In this document: positions 7,002-17,588 of the stretch, one piece after another
How the letters are laid out: every line of letters starts with the position of its first letter
How positions within the stretch are numbered: position 1 is the first letter of the stretch
From: Planctomycetota bacterium
Lineage (GTDB): Bacteria; Planctomycetota; SZUA-567; H5-PLA8
Length of the DNA stretch: 40,069 bases
Assembly (NCBI GenBank): GCA_038227875.1
Contig: JBBRPR010000072.1
Coordinates: forward strand, 1 to 40,069
Direction: 5' to 3'
The notes under the pieces: generated by a model
What the model was told of the DNA's origin: nothing
The model's input: only the letters and a program-made list of their open reading frames with translations
Databases searched by the model: none
Made by a program: the position numbers and the translations under genes

Positions 7002-9242
7002 ATGGCCTCCACACTCGACACCTTCGCGCCACTCGACGCCTCCGACAACCTGCTCTCCAAGCCGCTGCAATTCATCAAGGGTGTGGGGCCGCAGATTGCC
7101 ACGAAGCTGCAGATGCTGCAGCTGGAAACGCTGCGCGATCTGCTGCTGTTTTTTCCCATGACGCACAAAGACCGCGCCAGCGTCACGGCAATCAGGCAGG
7201 TGAAGCCTGGCGCGGAGACGAACATCGTCGCGCAGATCCTGGATCTGAAATGCAGGCAGTTCAACGGCCGCGCGAAGGTCGAAGCGTTTCTGCAGGACGA
7301 AAGCGGCGACATGCGCGCGGTCTGGTGGAATCCGTATGTCGTCGACCGGCTGACGCCGAATGCGTGGGGATTTTTCTCCGGGAAGATCGCGCTGAGCAAT
7401 GGCGGGAGCGGCAAGCGCTGCGAACTGAACAACGCGGAGTTTGAAATTTTGGAGGACACGCGCGAAGAGGGCGTGGAGAACGGGCCGCCGGAAAGCCCGA
7501 GCTCCGGGATGAGCCCCAATTTCGGGCGGATCGTACCGGTCTATAACCTGCGCCCCAAGCAGCGCCTGGCCGATGGCAAGGAACCGCCGGAGATCCGGAT
7601 CACGCAGAGTTTTCTGCGCAAGATCATGTGGAACGTGCTGCAGACCAACGCACAGTCGCGGATGCCCGATCACATTCCGCCGGCGCTGCGCCAAACCTTG
7701 CAGCTGATGCCGCTGGCCGACGCGATCAAGCAGATTCATTTTCCCGATTCAATGGACCGCATGCGCCAGGCGCGGCGGCGGTTGGTCTTTGAGGAACTGT
7801 TCGTCGTCTCACTGGGCGTCGCGCTGCGGCGCTGGGAAGTGCAGCGCCACGCGGCGTCGCAGCGCCTGCCGCTCACGCCGGCGATCGAGACGCGCATCCA
7901 CGCGCGGCTACCGTTCAAACTGACCGACAGCCAGGCGCGCGTCTTCCGCGAGATCGCCAAAGACATGGGCTCGCCATTGCCGATGAACCGGCTGCTGCAG
8001 GGCGACGTCGGCAGCGGCAAGACGGCGGTGGCGCTCTCGGCGCTGCTGCTGTGCGTGGCGCACGGCGGCCAAGCGGCACTGCTCGCGCCCACGGAAGTGC
8101 TCGCGGCTCAGCATGAGCGGACGATCTCGCATCTGCTGAAAGCATCGCGCGTGAAGATCGGCCTGCTGCGCGGCGGATCGACCGCCGGCGAGCGGCGCGA
8201 ATTCCTGGAGCAGCTCGAGAAAGGCGAAATTCACATCGCCATCGGCACGCACGCGTTGCTGGAAGAAAATGTGCGCTTCAAAGCGCTCTCGCTGATCGTC
8301 GTCGACGAGCAGCACAAGTTCGGCGTGGCTCAGCGCATGAGCTTGCGCGCGAAAGGCCGTTCGCCGCATGTGCTGGTGATGACCGCGACGCCGATTCCAC
8401 GCACACTGACGCTGACGCTCTACGGCGACCTGGACGTCTCGCGCATCGACGAGCCGCCGCCGGGTCGCGGCGAGATCGTCAGCCGCTGGGCCAAGGAGGT
8501 CGATCGTGCGAAGGTCTATCGCCTGATCATCGCTGAGGCGCGCAAGGGCCACGCGACGTACATCGTACTGCCGCGCATTGAGGAGGATTCAGCGTCCTCG
8601 CCGAGCGGCGACAAGATTTCGACCAAGCTGTGGAGCGAAGTGAAAGGCGTTGAGGCCGAGTTCAAGCGCATGAAGGAGCATCTCCCGACGCTCCGCATGG
8701 GCATGCTGCACGGGCGACTACCGTCGGACGAAAAGGACGCGGTGCTCACGCAACTTCGCGAAGGCAAGATCGACGTGCTGATCAGCACACAGCTGGTCGA
8801 AGTCGGCATCGACTTGCCGTCGGCGACGGTGATGATGATTGAAAACGCGGAGATGTTCGGGTTGTCGGCGCTGCATCAGTTGCGCGGCCGCGTCGGGCGC
8901 AGCGAGCTCAAGTCGTACTGCTTCGTCTTTGGCGAACCGAATTCCGACGATGCGGAGGAGCGCATCAAGACGTTCGTAAAAACGCGCGACGGCTTCGAAA
9001 TCGCCGAGGCTGATTTCCGGCTGCGCGGTCCCGGCCAATTTTTCGGCACGCACCAATCGGGCATGCCGGAGTTGAAGATCGCCGACCTGATGGCCGACAC
9101 GGAAGTGCTGGCCGAAGCCCGCACGCGCGCGATGGAACTAGTGAAGAGCGACCCCACGCTCTCGAAGGACGAACACCTGCCGCTGAAGCGCCGGATCGCT
9201 CAGGTGTTGGGCAGGCGATTGGGGTTGGTGGATATGGGGTAA
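7002..9242 (+). CDS. recG: ATP-dependent DNA helicase RecG
   Basis: IKGVGP N-terminus, OB wedge, LLQGDVGSGKT, VVDEQHKFG, MTATPIPRT, HQLRGRVGR, DFRLRGPGQFFGTHQSG. Confidence 0.97.
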   Translation: MASTLDTFAPLDASDNLLSKPLQFIKGVGPQIATKLQMLQLETLRDLLLFFPMTHKDRASVTAIRQVKPGAETNIVAQILDLKCRQFNGRAKVEAFLQDESGDMRAVWWNPYVVDRLTPNAWGFFSGKIALSNGGSGKRCELNNAEFEILEDTREEGVENGPPESPSSGMSPNFGRIVPVYNLRPKQRLADGKEPPEIRITQSFLRKIMWNVLQTNAQSRMPDHIPPALRQTLQLMPLADAIKQIHFPDSMDRMRQARRRLVFEELFVVSLGVALRRWEVQRHAASQRLPLTPAIETRIHARLPFKLTDSQARVFREIAKDMGSPLPMNRLLQGDVGSGKTAVALSALLLCVAHGGQAALLAPTEVLAAQHERTISHLLKASRVKIGLLRGGSTAGERREFLEQLEKGEIHIAIGTHALLEENVRFKALSLIVVDEQHKFGVAQRMSLRAKGRSPHVLVMTATPIPRTLTLTLYGDLDVSRIDEPPPGRGEIVSRWAKEVDRAKVYRLIIAEARKGHATYIVLPRIEEDSASSPSGDKISTKLWSEVKGVEAEFKRMKEHLPTLRMGMLHGRLPSDEKDAVLTQLREGKIDVLISTQLVEVGIDLPSATVMMIENAEMFGLSALHQLRGRVGRSELKSYCFVFGEPNSDDAEERIKTFVKTRDGFEIAEADFRLRGPGQFFGTHQSGMPELKIADLMADTEVLAEARTRAMELVKSDPTLSKDEHLPLKRRIAQVLGRRLGLVDMG

Positions 9243-9280
9243 TTTCAGCAGCCGGGTGACCGGACGCGAGATTGCGCAAG

Positions 9281-9446
9281 GTGTGTGTCAAGGAGCAAGC
9301 GGCTGTTTGCTTTCTTCTTGCTGAGATGCTCGCGACTTTCGCGCAGGCGGTTTGGATAACACAACCGAGATGTGTATTTTCTTTTCAACTGGAATGCGTT
9401 GAGCAAAGAGCAAGCAAACGGCCGCTTGCTCCTTGACACACACTAC
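9281..9446. repeat. REP-like inverted doublet (32-bp arms, 1 mismatch)
   Basis: GTGTGTGTCAAGGAGCAAGCGGCTGTTTGCTT (9281-9312) versus AAGCAAACGGCCGCTTGCTCCTTGACACACAC (9412-9443). Each arm has an internal hairpin; the right arm read on the minus strand starts with GTAG. Confidence 0.85.
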
Positions 9447-9450
9447 GCTG

Positions 9451-9831
9451 CTAACGGATCACGCCGCGCGCCAGTCGGTAGAGTCCCAGCATGATCGCGA
9501 CGCCGGCGATGGCGTAGGATTTTTCGGTGCCGTTGCCGGTGGCCTGGACGTACGCGATCGCGCCCACGCCGGCGCTTAAAAAAAGCGCGCCGGTCACGGT
9601 GTGATAATTGAACGTGCCGCGCGCGGGTTTTCCGGAGTCCACGTCGGCGCCGTCGCCCTGCCGTCGGACGCGTTGCGCGGCGGTGTCGACGATGCGCTGG
9701 GCGGTCAGTTCGTCGATGCCGTCAGAGACCAGGCTGGCGACGAGTTCCGACTTGCCCTTGCCGGCGAGCAGCGACTGCGAGGCAGTCTCCTGCAGTTCGC
9801 CGAGCTCTTTCATGGTCAGCTTTTTCGACAC
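9451..9831 (-). CDS. Hypothetical membrane protein (two C-terminal TM helices)
   Basis: Helical N-domain (GKGKSELVASLVSDGIDELTAQRIV) and two hydrophobic segments ending GLYRLARG. Start is GTG 9831 or ATG 9813. Confidence 0.75.
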   Translation of the reverse strand: MSKKLTMKELGELQETASQSLLAGKGKSELVASLVSDGIDELTAQRIVDTAAQRVRRQGDGADVDSGKPARGTFNYHTVTGALFLSAGVGAIAYVQATGNGTEKSYAIAGVAIMLGLYRLARGVIR

Positions 9832-9841
9832 GGGTTTTTAT

Positions 9842-9970
9842 TCTCACGCAAAGCCGCGAAGCCGCAAAGAAATGCAACTGCTCTGGATTGTACGGGAGGC
9901 AATTCGATTGTGCATCCTACACAAATCAGTTTTTTTGCTGTTCTTGGCGTCTTTGCGGCTTTGCGTGAGA
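9842..9970. repeat. Inverted-repeat doublet (30-bp arms, 27/30 match) built from GCCGCAAAG-like units
   Basis: TCTCACGCAAAGCCGCGAAGCCGCAAAGAA (9842-9871) versus TTCTTGGCGTCTTTGCGGCTTTGCGTGAGA (9941-9970). Confidence 0.85.
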
Positions 9971-9984
9971 TAAGAAACTCAGGT

Positions 9985-12021
9985 CTAGCTCATGGGCCCT
10001 TCGATGGCCGGAGCGGCTCCGGAGTTGGAGGCTTTGATCGGCTCATCCGCGGCTTTCTGGTGCGAGATGAACTGGTCGTAGAGCATCGCGTAGTGGCCTT
10101 TGGATTCCAGCAGCTCGGCGTGAGTACCGCGTTCGATGATTTTTCCCTGCTGCAGCACGACGATGCAGTCGGCTTTGACGATCGTCGAGAGGCGGTGCGC
10201 GACGATCACGGTGGTGCGGCCCTTGACCAGTTTTTCGAGCGCGGCCTGTACTTTTGTTTCGGTGACCGTGTCGATGCTCGAGGTGGCCTCATCCAGCAGG
10301 AAGATGCTGGAGTTGGCCAGCAGCACGCGCGTGAAGCAGATCAGCTGGCGCAGGCCCATCGAGACGGACGCGCCGCGTTCGCCGACGTCGGTCAGGTAAC
10401 CCTGCGGCAGATTGCTGAAGGTTTCGTGGAGGCCCAGCGAACGCGCGGCGTCGTAGACTTCTTCGTCGGACGCGCCCGGGCGCGGGTAACGGATGTTGTC
10501 GAGAATCGTGCCGGAAAAGAGGTAATTGACCTGCAGCACCAGGCCCATTTGTTTGTGCAGGCTTTCGCGCGTGGCGGAACGGATGTCGATGCCGTCAACG
10601 CGAATGGTGCCCTGCTGGAATTCGTAAAACCGGGCGAGCAGCGAGATGGTGCTCGATTTGCCCGACCCGGTTGCGCCGACGAGCGCGAATGTTTTTCCGG
10701 CGGGGATGTCGAGGTTGATGTCCAGCAGCACCGGCCGCGCGGGATCGTAGCCAAAGGTTACGTGATCGAAAACGATGTGGCCTTTCAGGCGCGGTAGCGG
10801 CTTGGCGTCGGGCGCGTCTTCGATGTCGGGCTTCATGTCGATCAGCGCGAAAACGCGTTCGGCGGAGGCCATGGCCTGCATCAGCGTGTTGTAAAAATCG
10901 CCCATGGTCCGCGTGGGGCTGATGAAGTAACCCCAGAGGCTGAAGATTTCGATTACGCGGCCGACTTTGAATTCTCCCGAGATCACCAGCGCCCCGCCGT
11001 AACCCAGCAGAATCACCTGGCCGACGAAGCCGAGAAAATCGAGCAGCGGAAGATACACGCCGTTGATGTTGCTCAGGCGGATATTGTTGGCGGTGTTGTC
11101 TTCCTGCAGCGCGTTGAATTTATCGAGATTCTCATCCTGGCGGTTGAACGCGGAGACCACGCGCACGCCGGTGATGTTCTCGGCGAGATTCGAGGCCACG
11201 CGCGACCAGCCGGCGCGGACTTCCTGCCAGGCCGCACCGATGCGGCGGCGGTAGATCTGATTGGTGAACGCGATCACCGGCGCCAGCCACGCGACAGAAA
11301 GGAAGATGCGCCAATCGGCCATCAGGATCATCACGCCGGCGCCGAACATCAGCAGGGAATTCAGCGCGACGGTGTTGATGCCGCCGGTGACCGTGCCGCG
11401 GACGGTGTCCAGGTCGCTGGTGCCGCGGGTGATGATGCGGCCGAGCTTCGTGCGGTCGTAGAACGACATGCCCAGCCGCTGCAGTTGCGTAAAGACCGCC
11501 ATGCGCAGATCGAGAATCACCTGCTCGCCGCACTTGCTGGTCGCGCCGAGCTGCACGCCGTCGGCGATCAGCGCCAGCGCCCACAGGCCAGCCCACTGCA
11601 GCGCGAACGTCAGCACGGCGTGGTAGTCGCCGCTGGCAATGCCTTCGTCGATGATCTTGCGTTGCAGGCGTGGCGTCAGGAGCTGACAGGCCAGCCCGAA
11701 AATTCCAGCGAGCGTACCCAGCGCGTAGAGCCAGCGGTACGGCTTGAGGCATCCGAGCAGGCGAAAAATCAGCGCGGTGGAGATCGGCTTGTATTTGCTT
11801 TCGTCGTCCTGCGAGAACTGATTCTCGGGACCCTTGCCCAGGGTGGGATTGGGCTGGCTGTTGAGCAGCGAAAAAATTCCCGCGCCGCTGAACGAACGCG
11901 CGTTCTGATCCTTCACAACGTCGCGCAGCACGTTGGTCAGCGTGTCGCCGGAGTTGCCGTTGCCATTGCTGGCCGGCGGCGGCGGCGCGGTTTCCGTGGC
12001 GTTGTTTTCCGCGTTACTCAT
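9985..12021 (-). CDS. ABC exporter, fused permease/ATPase (heterodimer subunit, TM288/MdlB-like)
   Basis: TMD followed by GATGSGKSS, degenerate signature VSMGLRQL, LLDEATSSID, AHRLST. Confidence 0.95.
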   Translation of the reverse strand: MSNAENNATETAPPPPASNGNGNSGDTLTNVLRDVVKDQNARSFSGAGIFSLLNSQPNPTLGKGPENQFSQDDESKYKPISTALIFRLLGCLKPYRWLYALGTLAGIFGLACQLLTPRLQRKIIDEGIASGDYHAVLTFALQWAGLWALALIADGVQLGATSKCGEQVILDLRMAVFTQLQRLGMSFYDRTKLGRIITRGTSDLDTVRGTVTGGINTVALNSLLMFGAGVMILMADWRIFLSVAWLAPVIAFTNQIYRRRIGAAWQEVRAGWSRVASNLAENITGVRVVSAFNRQDENLDKFNALQEDNTANNIRLSNINGVYLPLLDFLGFVGQVILLGYGGALVISGEFKVGRVIEIFSLWGYFISPTRTMGDFYNTLMQAMASAERVFALIDMKPDIEDAPDAKPLPRLKGHIVFDHVTFGYDPARPVLLDINLDIPAGKTFALVGATGSGKSSTISLLARFYEFQQGTIRVDGIDIRSATRESLHKQMGLVLQVNYLFSGTILDNIRYPRPGASDEEVYDAARSLGLHETFSNLPQGYLTDVGERGASVSMGLRQLICFTRVLLANSSIFLLDEATSSIDTVTETKVQAALEKLVKGRTTVIVAHRLSTIVKADCIVVLQQGKIIERGTHAELLESKGHYAMLYDQFISHQKAADEPIKASNSGAAPAIEGPMS

Positions 12022-13930
12022 GAAGCACTCTGCCGCTGCGTTTGCTCAGGCGTCGCATGCGGTCCATGTGTGAGTGCTCGTCGACCTTGGCGTCTTCGGT
12101 GAACTGGCACGAGGCGACTTCGCGGTAATAACCGTCCTGCCGCATCAGTTCGTCGTGCGTGCCTTGCTGCGTGACCTTGCCACGCTCCAGCACGATGATC
12201 TTGTGGGCGCGCCGCGCGCTGGAGATGCGGCTGGTGATCAGGAAGACGGTGCGTCCCTTCATCACGCGTTCCAGGCCTTCGCGGATCAGAGACTCGGTCT
12301 CCGGATCGACGGAAGCCAGCGCGTCGTCGAGCACCAGGATGCGCGGGTTGTGCAGGATGGCTCGCGCGATGGCCAGGCGCTGTTTCTGCCCGCCGGAGAG
12401 CGACGCGCCGTACTCGCCGATCATCGTGTCGTACTTCAAGGGGAGGCGTTCGATGAACTCGTCGGCGCGCGCGAGCCTGGCGGCTTCGCGGATCTTTTCG
12501 CGCGGCGCGTTCAAGTCGCCGTAGGCGATGTTGCGCGCGATGGTGTCGCTGAAGAGGTACGTTTCCTGGAAGACGTAGCCCACCGATTCGCGGACGCTGC
12601 TGAGCGTGACGTCGCGGGAGTCCTGGCCGTCGATTTCCACGCTGCCGAGGTCCGGGTCGTAAAAGCGGCCCAGCAGCGCGGCGAGCGTGGTCTTGCCCGA
12701 CCCCGTGGGGCCGACGATTGCGACGATCGCTCCGGCCGGCAGCGTGAAGCTGACGTCTTCGACGACGGGGAATCCCGGCTCGTAGCTGAACGACGCATGA
12801 TGGAACTTCACCGCGCCGGCGCCGGGCAGCAGCGGTGCGGCGTCGTCGCGTTCGGGCGTGTTGCAGGGGCGTTCGAGAATGTCGAACAGCCGTTTGCTCG
12901 AAACCACGGCCTGCTGGTACGAATCGCTGATCGCGTTGATGCCCTGGATGCGTCCGAGAATCTGGCTCATCGCGCTGCCGATCAGCAGCAGGTCGCCGAC
13001 GACCAGTTGCTTGCGCTGGACCATGATCGCACCGAGCGCGAAAAGCGAGATGTTCGAGGCCACGGCGATGCCGCGGATGATGGGGATCATCTTTACGCGC
13101 AGCCAGACGGCATCGAGCAGGTGCTTGAGCACGGTGGTCGATGCGGCTTGGAATTTCTGGCGTTCCTGATTTTCCGTCGCAAAGGCGCGGATGACATGGA
13201 CGCCGGCGACGTTTTCAGTCAGCACTTCGACCATGTGGTCGGAGGCTTTCGTCTGCGCTTCATAAATGGGCTGCGAGAGCACCGCAAAGCGGCGGATGGC
13301 GAGGATCCAGAAGGGCAGGGGAATCAGTGCCGCGAGTGCGATTTTCGGTGAACATTCCAGCCACAGCAAGCCGAGGTAGAGCGCCACCGAGACGACGATT
13401 TCGATGGCCTGGCTCATGCCGGTCATCACGAACGTGCGGACGGCCTGGAGGTCGGTCAGCGCGCGGTTGATCAAATGTCCGCTGGCGTATTGATCGTGAA
13501 ACGAGAACCCGACGCGCTGCAACCGGTCGTAGACGGCCGCGCGCATGTAGAAGACCATCGACATGCTCTGCCACGAAGAGGCCACGGTTTTCAGCCAGAG
13601 CATCATGGCGAGCACGACTTTCATGACGATCAGGATCAAGACCGCGTGGCGCAGGTTGGCGCCGGAACCGGTGGGCGCCAACAGCCAGTCCCAGAAGCCA
13701 TTGAATCGGGCGGACTCCTCCGGGGAAATGTTTTCAATCGCCTGAACCACAGGCTTGAGCAGGCGGACGCAGGTGACTTCCGTGACAGCGAAGGCGACGA
13801 TGGCGAAGGCGAGGACGACTACCTGGATCTTGACAGGTTTGAGGAATAGAAAGGTGCGGCCGACGCGGCGCAGCTGGGCGTAGAATCCTTCCGACTTGAT
13901 TGTACGCTCGGTTTCCACAGCCAGCGTCAT
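12014..13930 (-). CDS. ABC exporter, fused permease/ATPase (heterodimer subunit, TM287/MdlA-like, degenerate site)
   Basis: TMD, GPTGSGKTT, LSGGQKQR, Walker B LVLDD (no catalytic Glu), switch ITSRIS (no His). Overlaps its partner by 8 nt. Confidence 0.95.
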   Translation of the reverse strand: MTLAVETERTIKSEGFYAQLRRVGRTFLFLKPVKIQVVVLAFAIVAFAVTEVTCVRLLKPVVQAIENISPEESARFNGFWDWLLAPTGSGANLRHAVLILIVMKVVLAMMLWLKTVASSWQSMSMVFYMRAAVYDRLQRVGFSFHDQYASGHLINRALTDLQAVRTFVMTGMSQAIEIVVSVALYLGLLWLECSPKIALAALIPLPFWILAIRRFAVLSQPIYEAQTKASDHMVEVLTENVAGVHVIRAFATENQERQKFQAASTTVLKHLLDAVWLRVKMIPIIRGIAVASNISLFALGAIMVQRKQLVVGDLLLIGSAMSQILGRIQGINAISDSYQQAVVSSKRLFDILERPCNTPERDDAAPLLPGAGAVKFHHASFSYEPGFPVVEDVSFTLPAGAIVAIVGPTGSGKTTLAALLGRFYDPDLGSVEIDGQDSRDVTLSSVRESVGYVFQETYLFSDTIARNIAYGDLNAPREKIREAARLARADEFIERLPLKYDTMIGEYGASLSGGQKQRLAIARAILHNPRILVLDDALASVDPETESLIREGLERVMKGRTVFLITSRISSARRAHKIIVLERGKVTQQGTHDELMRQDGYYREVASCQFTEDAKVDEHSHMDRMRRLSKRSGRVLHE

Positions 13931-14097
13931 TCTCCTGAGGTGTCAAACTGGCATTGTTGCAGGTTTCCTAATAAGTGTTCGCGAAATGGGGTGGGGGTCA
14001 ATGAAAACAAATGAACAAGAATGAAGTTAGCTTGACAAATTAGGGGAATCGGGTAATAGAACTCCCCCTTTATATAGCATCGGCGGCATCGTTCGTC

Positions 14098-14127
14098 CAA
14101 CATTCGGGCCCCGGGGCCCGAATGTTG
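14098..14127. repeat. Perfect 30-bp palindrome
   Basis: CAACATTCGGGCCCC|GGGGCCCGAATGTTG. Confidence 0.9.
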
Positions 14128-14139
14128 ATCCAAGCAAAC

Positions 14140-14174
14140 GGAAAAACAACCCCTGTGCCAATGGGCACAGGGGT
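14140..14174 (-). terminator. Probable intrinsic terminator of sucD
   Basis: 11-bp stem ACCCCTGTGCC/GGCACAGGGGT with a 4-nt loop, followed on the minus strand by TGTTTTT. Confidence 0.75.
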
Positions 14175-14226
14175 CGGTTCGATCCAAAGTGCTTAGGACA
14201 GACAGCTGTCTCTAAGCACTCGCGCT

Positions 14227-15162
<936 letters not shown>

Positions 15163-15243
15163 TACATGACTCCGGGCCTGTGATCGATGAAGCGTTGAAA
15201 ATAAGTCAACGCGCGGAAAAAGTCGAATGACGAAAGAGGGGCG

Positions 15244-16071
15244 CTATTTCTTGACGGATTCGTCCACCGTGCAGGCCAGAGGGAGTTCGAGGGTATCGAG
15301 ATTGATTTTGTCCATTTCCGAATAAGAGAGGCGGTCGTAGGTGAAGTGCGGGATTATTTTGTACGAGGTATGGCCTTTGATCAATTCGTCGTCGAACGCG
15401 CGGACCAGATTAGTCTGAACTCGTCCCGTGGTACACTGGATGCGGAACACCGCCCAACCGGGCTTTGCGTCTTGAGTTTTAAATCGCGTCAGCAGCACGT
15501 AAGCGTGCGTGGTCTGATATTCGGCGTAGGCCATAATGCTAGTCTGGTAGTCAAGCGCCTGCGCGTATTTCTCAGCGACCTGTGCTTCGCAATTCTTCTG
15601 GAGCGTCTTGAGCTCCGCGTCATTGGATTCCGGCACAGCAACTTTAATCGGAGCGCCGTTTGGTTCCGCGTCTTTGCGCTCCCGACGCTCCGCAACACTG
15701 ATCGATGCCGCCTCGTTGAGTTCGATATCCTCGTAGACCGAGTGATCGTCCGTTTGGATCACAACGTCCGGGTGATGATCGGGGCCGCCGCCACTGTTCG
15801 ATAGTGTCCAGTACCACTCGAAGTTTTTTGAATTCGCTTCAAATCTCTTGTCAATCGTCGCATCCTTGCCTTTATCCACAAGCCACTTCCACGTGTTGGA
15901 GTCCAACCGGTTCAGCCATACTTCACGATCAAAAAATTGGAATCTCACTGGCGTGACGCGAAGAACTGGCCGGCTGGAAATTATATTTCCGCCAATTCCG
16001 TCAACTGCATCGCCGGCAATGGCAGTAGATGTCAGGACGAGTACCACGATGAGCCAGGGTAGCGTTCGCAT
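15244..16071 (-). CDS. Exported hypothetical protein
   Basis: Signal peptide MRTLPWLIVVLVLTSTAIA; no family recognised; visibly more AT-rich than its neighbours. Confidence 0.65.
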   Translation of the reverse strand: MRTLPWLIVVLVLTSTAIAGDAVDGIGGNIISSRPVLRVTPVRFQFFDREVWLNRLDSNTWKWLVDKGKDATIDKRFEANSKNFEWYWTLSNSGGGPDHHPDVVIQTDDHSVYEDIELNEAASISVAERRERKDAEPNGAPIKVAVPESNDAELKTLQKNCEAQVAEKYAQALDYQTSIMAYAEYQTTHAYVLLTRFKTQDAKPGWAVFRIQCTTGRVQTNLVRAFDDELIKGHTSYKIIPHFTYDRLSYSEMDKINLDTLELPLACTVDESVKK

Positions 16072-16134
16072 GGAAGCCTCCCATTTCATAACCAGCGGTT
16101 CATCAGATAAAAAATGTGCAAGCCGGCAACAACT

Positions 16135-17379
16135 CTACCGCACGACCGCCGCCCAACCCCAATCGAGGTGGTCGCCGCTGTCGTCGTTGTCGGGGCCGTA
16201 GTCGACTTCCAGCGTGAGCACCTTGGCCGTCGCCAAGTCCACCGAGACGATCTTCGGGCCGTCTTTAGCGCTGATGCTCGGTGCCGCCCAGACTTCCTTG
16301 CCGTCGGCCAGCACGCGTACGGAGACTTCGCCGCGACCGTGCGTTTCGGCGTCGATGCCGACGACCGAGACGAAACGGCAGGGCGCGCCGCTGAGCGCAA
16401 ATTCGAGCTGACTTTTGGAATGCGTGCCGATGCCGCGTTCGCAGAGGACACCACCGGCGAGCAGATTTCCGCCGTCGACCGACGCGTCCATGCGCGCGGG
16501 GAAATCGGAATCGAAGAGCGGCGTGAATGTAGCTTTCGCCGGCGTCTGCGACGAAAGCCACGTCATGTTCGCGCTGCCAGCGAGAAAGAGCGCAGCCAGC
16601 GTGCTCCGTTCGAGCACCTTCTCGCCCATAAAGGTGGTGCGGATGGTCAGGCCCTTGTCGTTGAGTTTGATCACGCGCCCGCGGATGATGTCGCCGCTTT
16701 TCAGGCGCACGATCGTCTCCGGGCCATTGCGTTCTTCTTCTGGCGTGGGCGGCGGTGGCGGGGCGAGCTGCATTTCGAGCAGTCGGACGGTGCTGCGTTT
16801 GATCGACGGCGATTCGCCGTCGGGTTTGCGGAAGGTGACGTTCTCCATGTCCACGCGCATGATTTTGTCGGCAATCATCTCGTCGCCGCCGGTGGATCGC
16901 AGGCGTGTCTGCTGGCCGGGCTTCAGTAGTGCTCCCGGCGAACCCAGCGCCGCCGCCTGCAGGCTGGCGTAGCGTGAAAGTTCGGGCATGTTCTCGGCCT
17001 GGTCGGCCGGCGGCGGGAAGAAAGCCGCGGAGACGTCGTCGCGCTTGATCTTCAGATCGCCGAAGACGTTGCTGGTGATCTCGGCGTTGTCGCCTTTGGA
17101 ACTGGTCAGCGTTCCGGTCAGCAGCGAACCGCCACGGATGAACACTCCGGCCGGAATGTGATCGGGCGCCGGATCGGGCGCGAAGCGGATGCAGAGCACT
17201 TCGCCCGCCTTGTAGGTGGTCCCGCCAACGCTCCATGCCCCGGCACCGCCGGTGACGTCGGCGGAGACGCGTTCGCCCTTGACGAGGACCACATCGTCAG
17301 CCGCTTTGGCGGAAACAAGGGCTTTAATCAGCAGGGCGATGACTGCTGCGAGGATCAGACGTTGGCGTGACATGCGCAT
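16135..17379 (-). CDS. Exported NPCBM/NEW2 domain-containing protein
   Basis: Signal peptide; repeated L..G..I.G beta motifs; C-terminal RGIGTHSKS.LEF...FVSVVGID...VLADGKEVW...LTLEVD.GP...DHLDWG. Confidence 0.85.
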   Translation of the reverse strand: MRMSRQRLILAAVIALLIKALVSAKAADDVVLVKGERVSADVTGGAGAWSVGGTTYKAGEVLCIRFAPDPAPDHIPAGVFIRGGSLLTGTLTSSKGDNAEITSNVFGDLKIKRDDVSAAFFPPPADQAENMPELSRYASLQAAALGSPGALLKPGQQTRLRSTGGDEMIADKIMRVDMENVTFRKPDGESPSIKRSTVRLLEMQLAPPPPPTPEEERNGPETIVRLKSGDIIRGRVIKLNDKGLTIRTTFMGEKVLERSTLAALFLAGSANMTWLSSQTPAKATFTPLFDSDFPARMDASVDGGNLLAGGVLCERGIGTHSKSQLEFALSGAPCRFVSVVGIDAETHGRGEVSVRVLADGKEVWAAPSISAKDGPKIVSVDLATAKVLTLEVDYGPDNDDSGDHLDWGWAAVVR

Positions 17380-17433
17380 GTGTAGAGTTATTACACCCCA
17401 GCGCGCAAAATTGCACGGAAAAAGCTTTAACGG

Positions 17434-17468
17434 CAGGGGTTAGGGTTCAGGGGCCAGGGGTCAGAGGT
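17434..17468. repeat. Heptamer tandem repeat (CAGGGGT) x5, degenerate
   Basis: CAGGGGT TAGGGTT CAGGGGC CAGGGGT CAGAGGT; the reverse-complement unit ACCCCTG occurs twice near 25488-25501. Confidence 0.8.
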
Positions 17469-17536
17469 GGGCGCAGGCAGGGGGAATCGGGCGGGTTTTG
17501 CGCGGTGGGGGCGAATTGGTAAGAGGCAGTAACGGA

Positions 17537-17561
17537 AACGGCGTGTCTTCGACACGCCGTT
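17537..17561 (-). terminator. Hairpin/terminator downstream of csbD-like gene
   Basis: AACGGCGTGTC-TTC-GACACGCCGTT, 11-bp stem, about 28 nt after the stop codon; short U tract. Confidence 0.6.
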
Positions 17562-17588
17562 CGCTGGGGTATTTGATTTTCCAGTGGC

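Noticed and set aside
9601..13351. Long plus-strand ORFs (9601..10797, 12074..13351) opposite the ABC genes
   Set aside because: Typical high-GC antisense shadows with no motifs.
9985..13930. Degenerate ABC motifs (LDD, no switch His, VSMGL) as signs of inactivation
   Set aside because: This asymmetric pattern is normal for heterodimeric TM287/288-type exporters.
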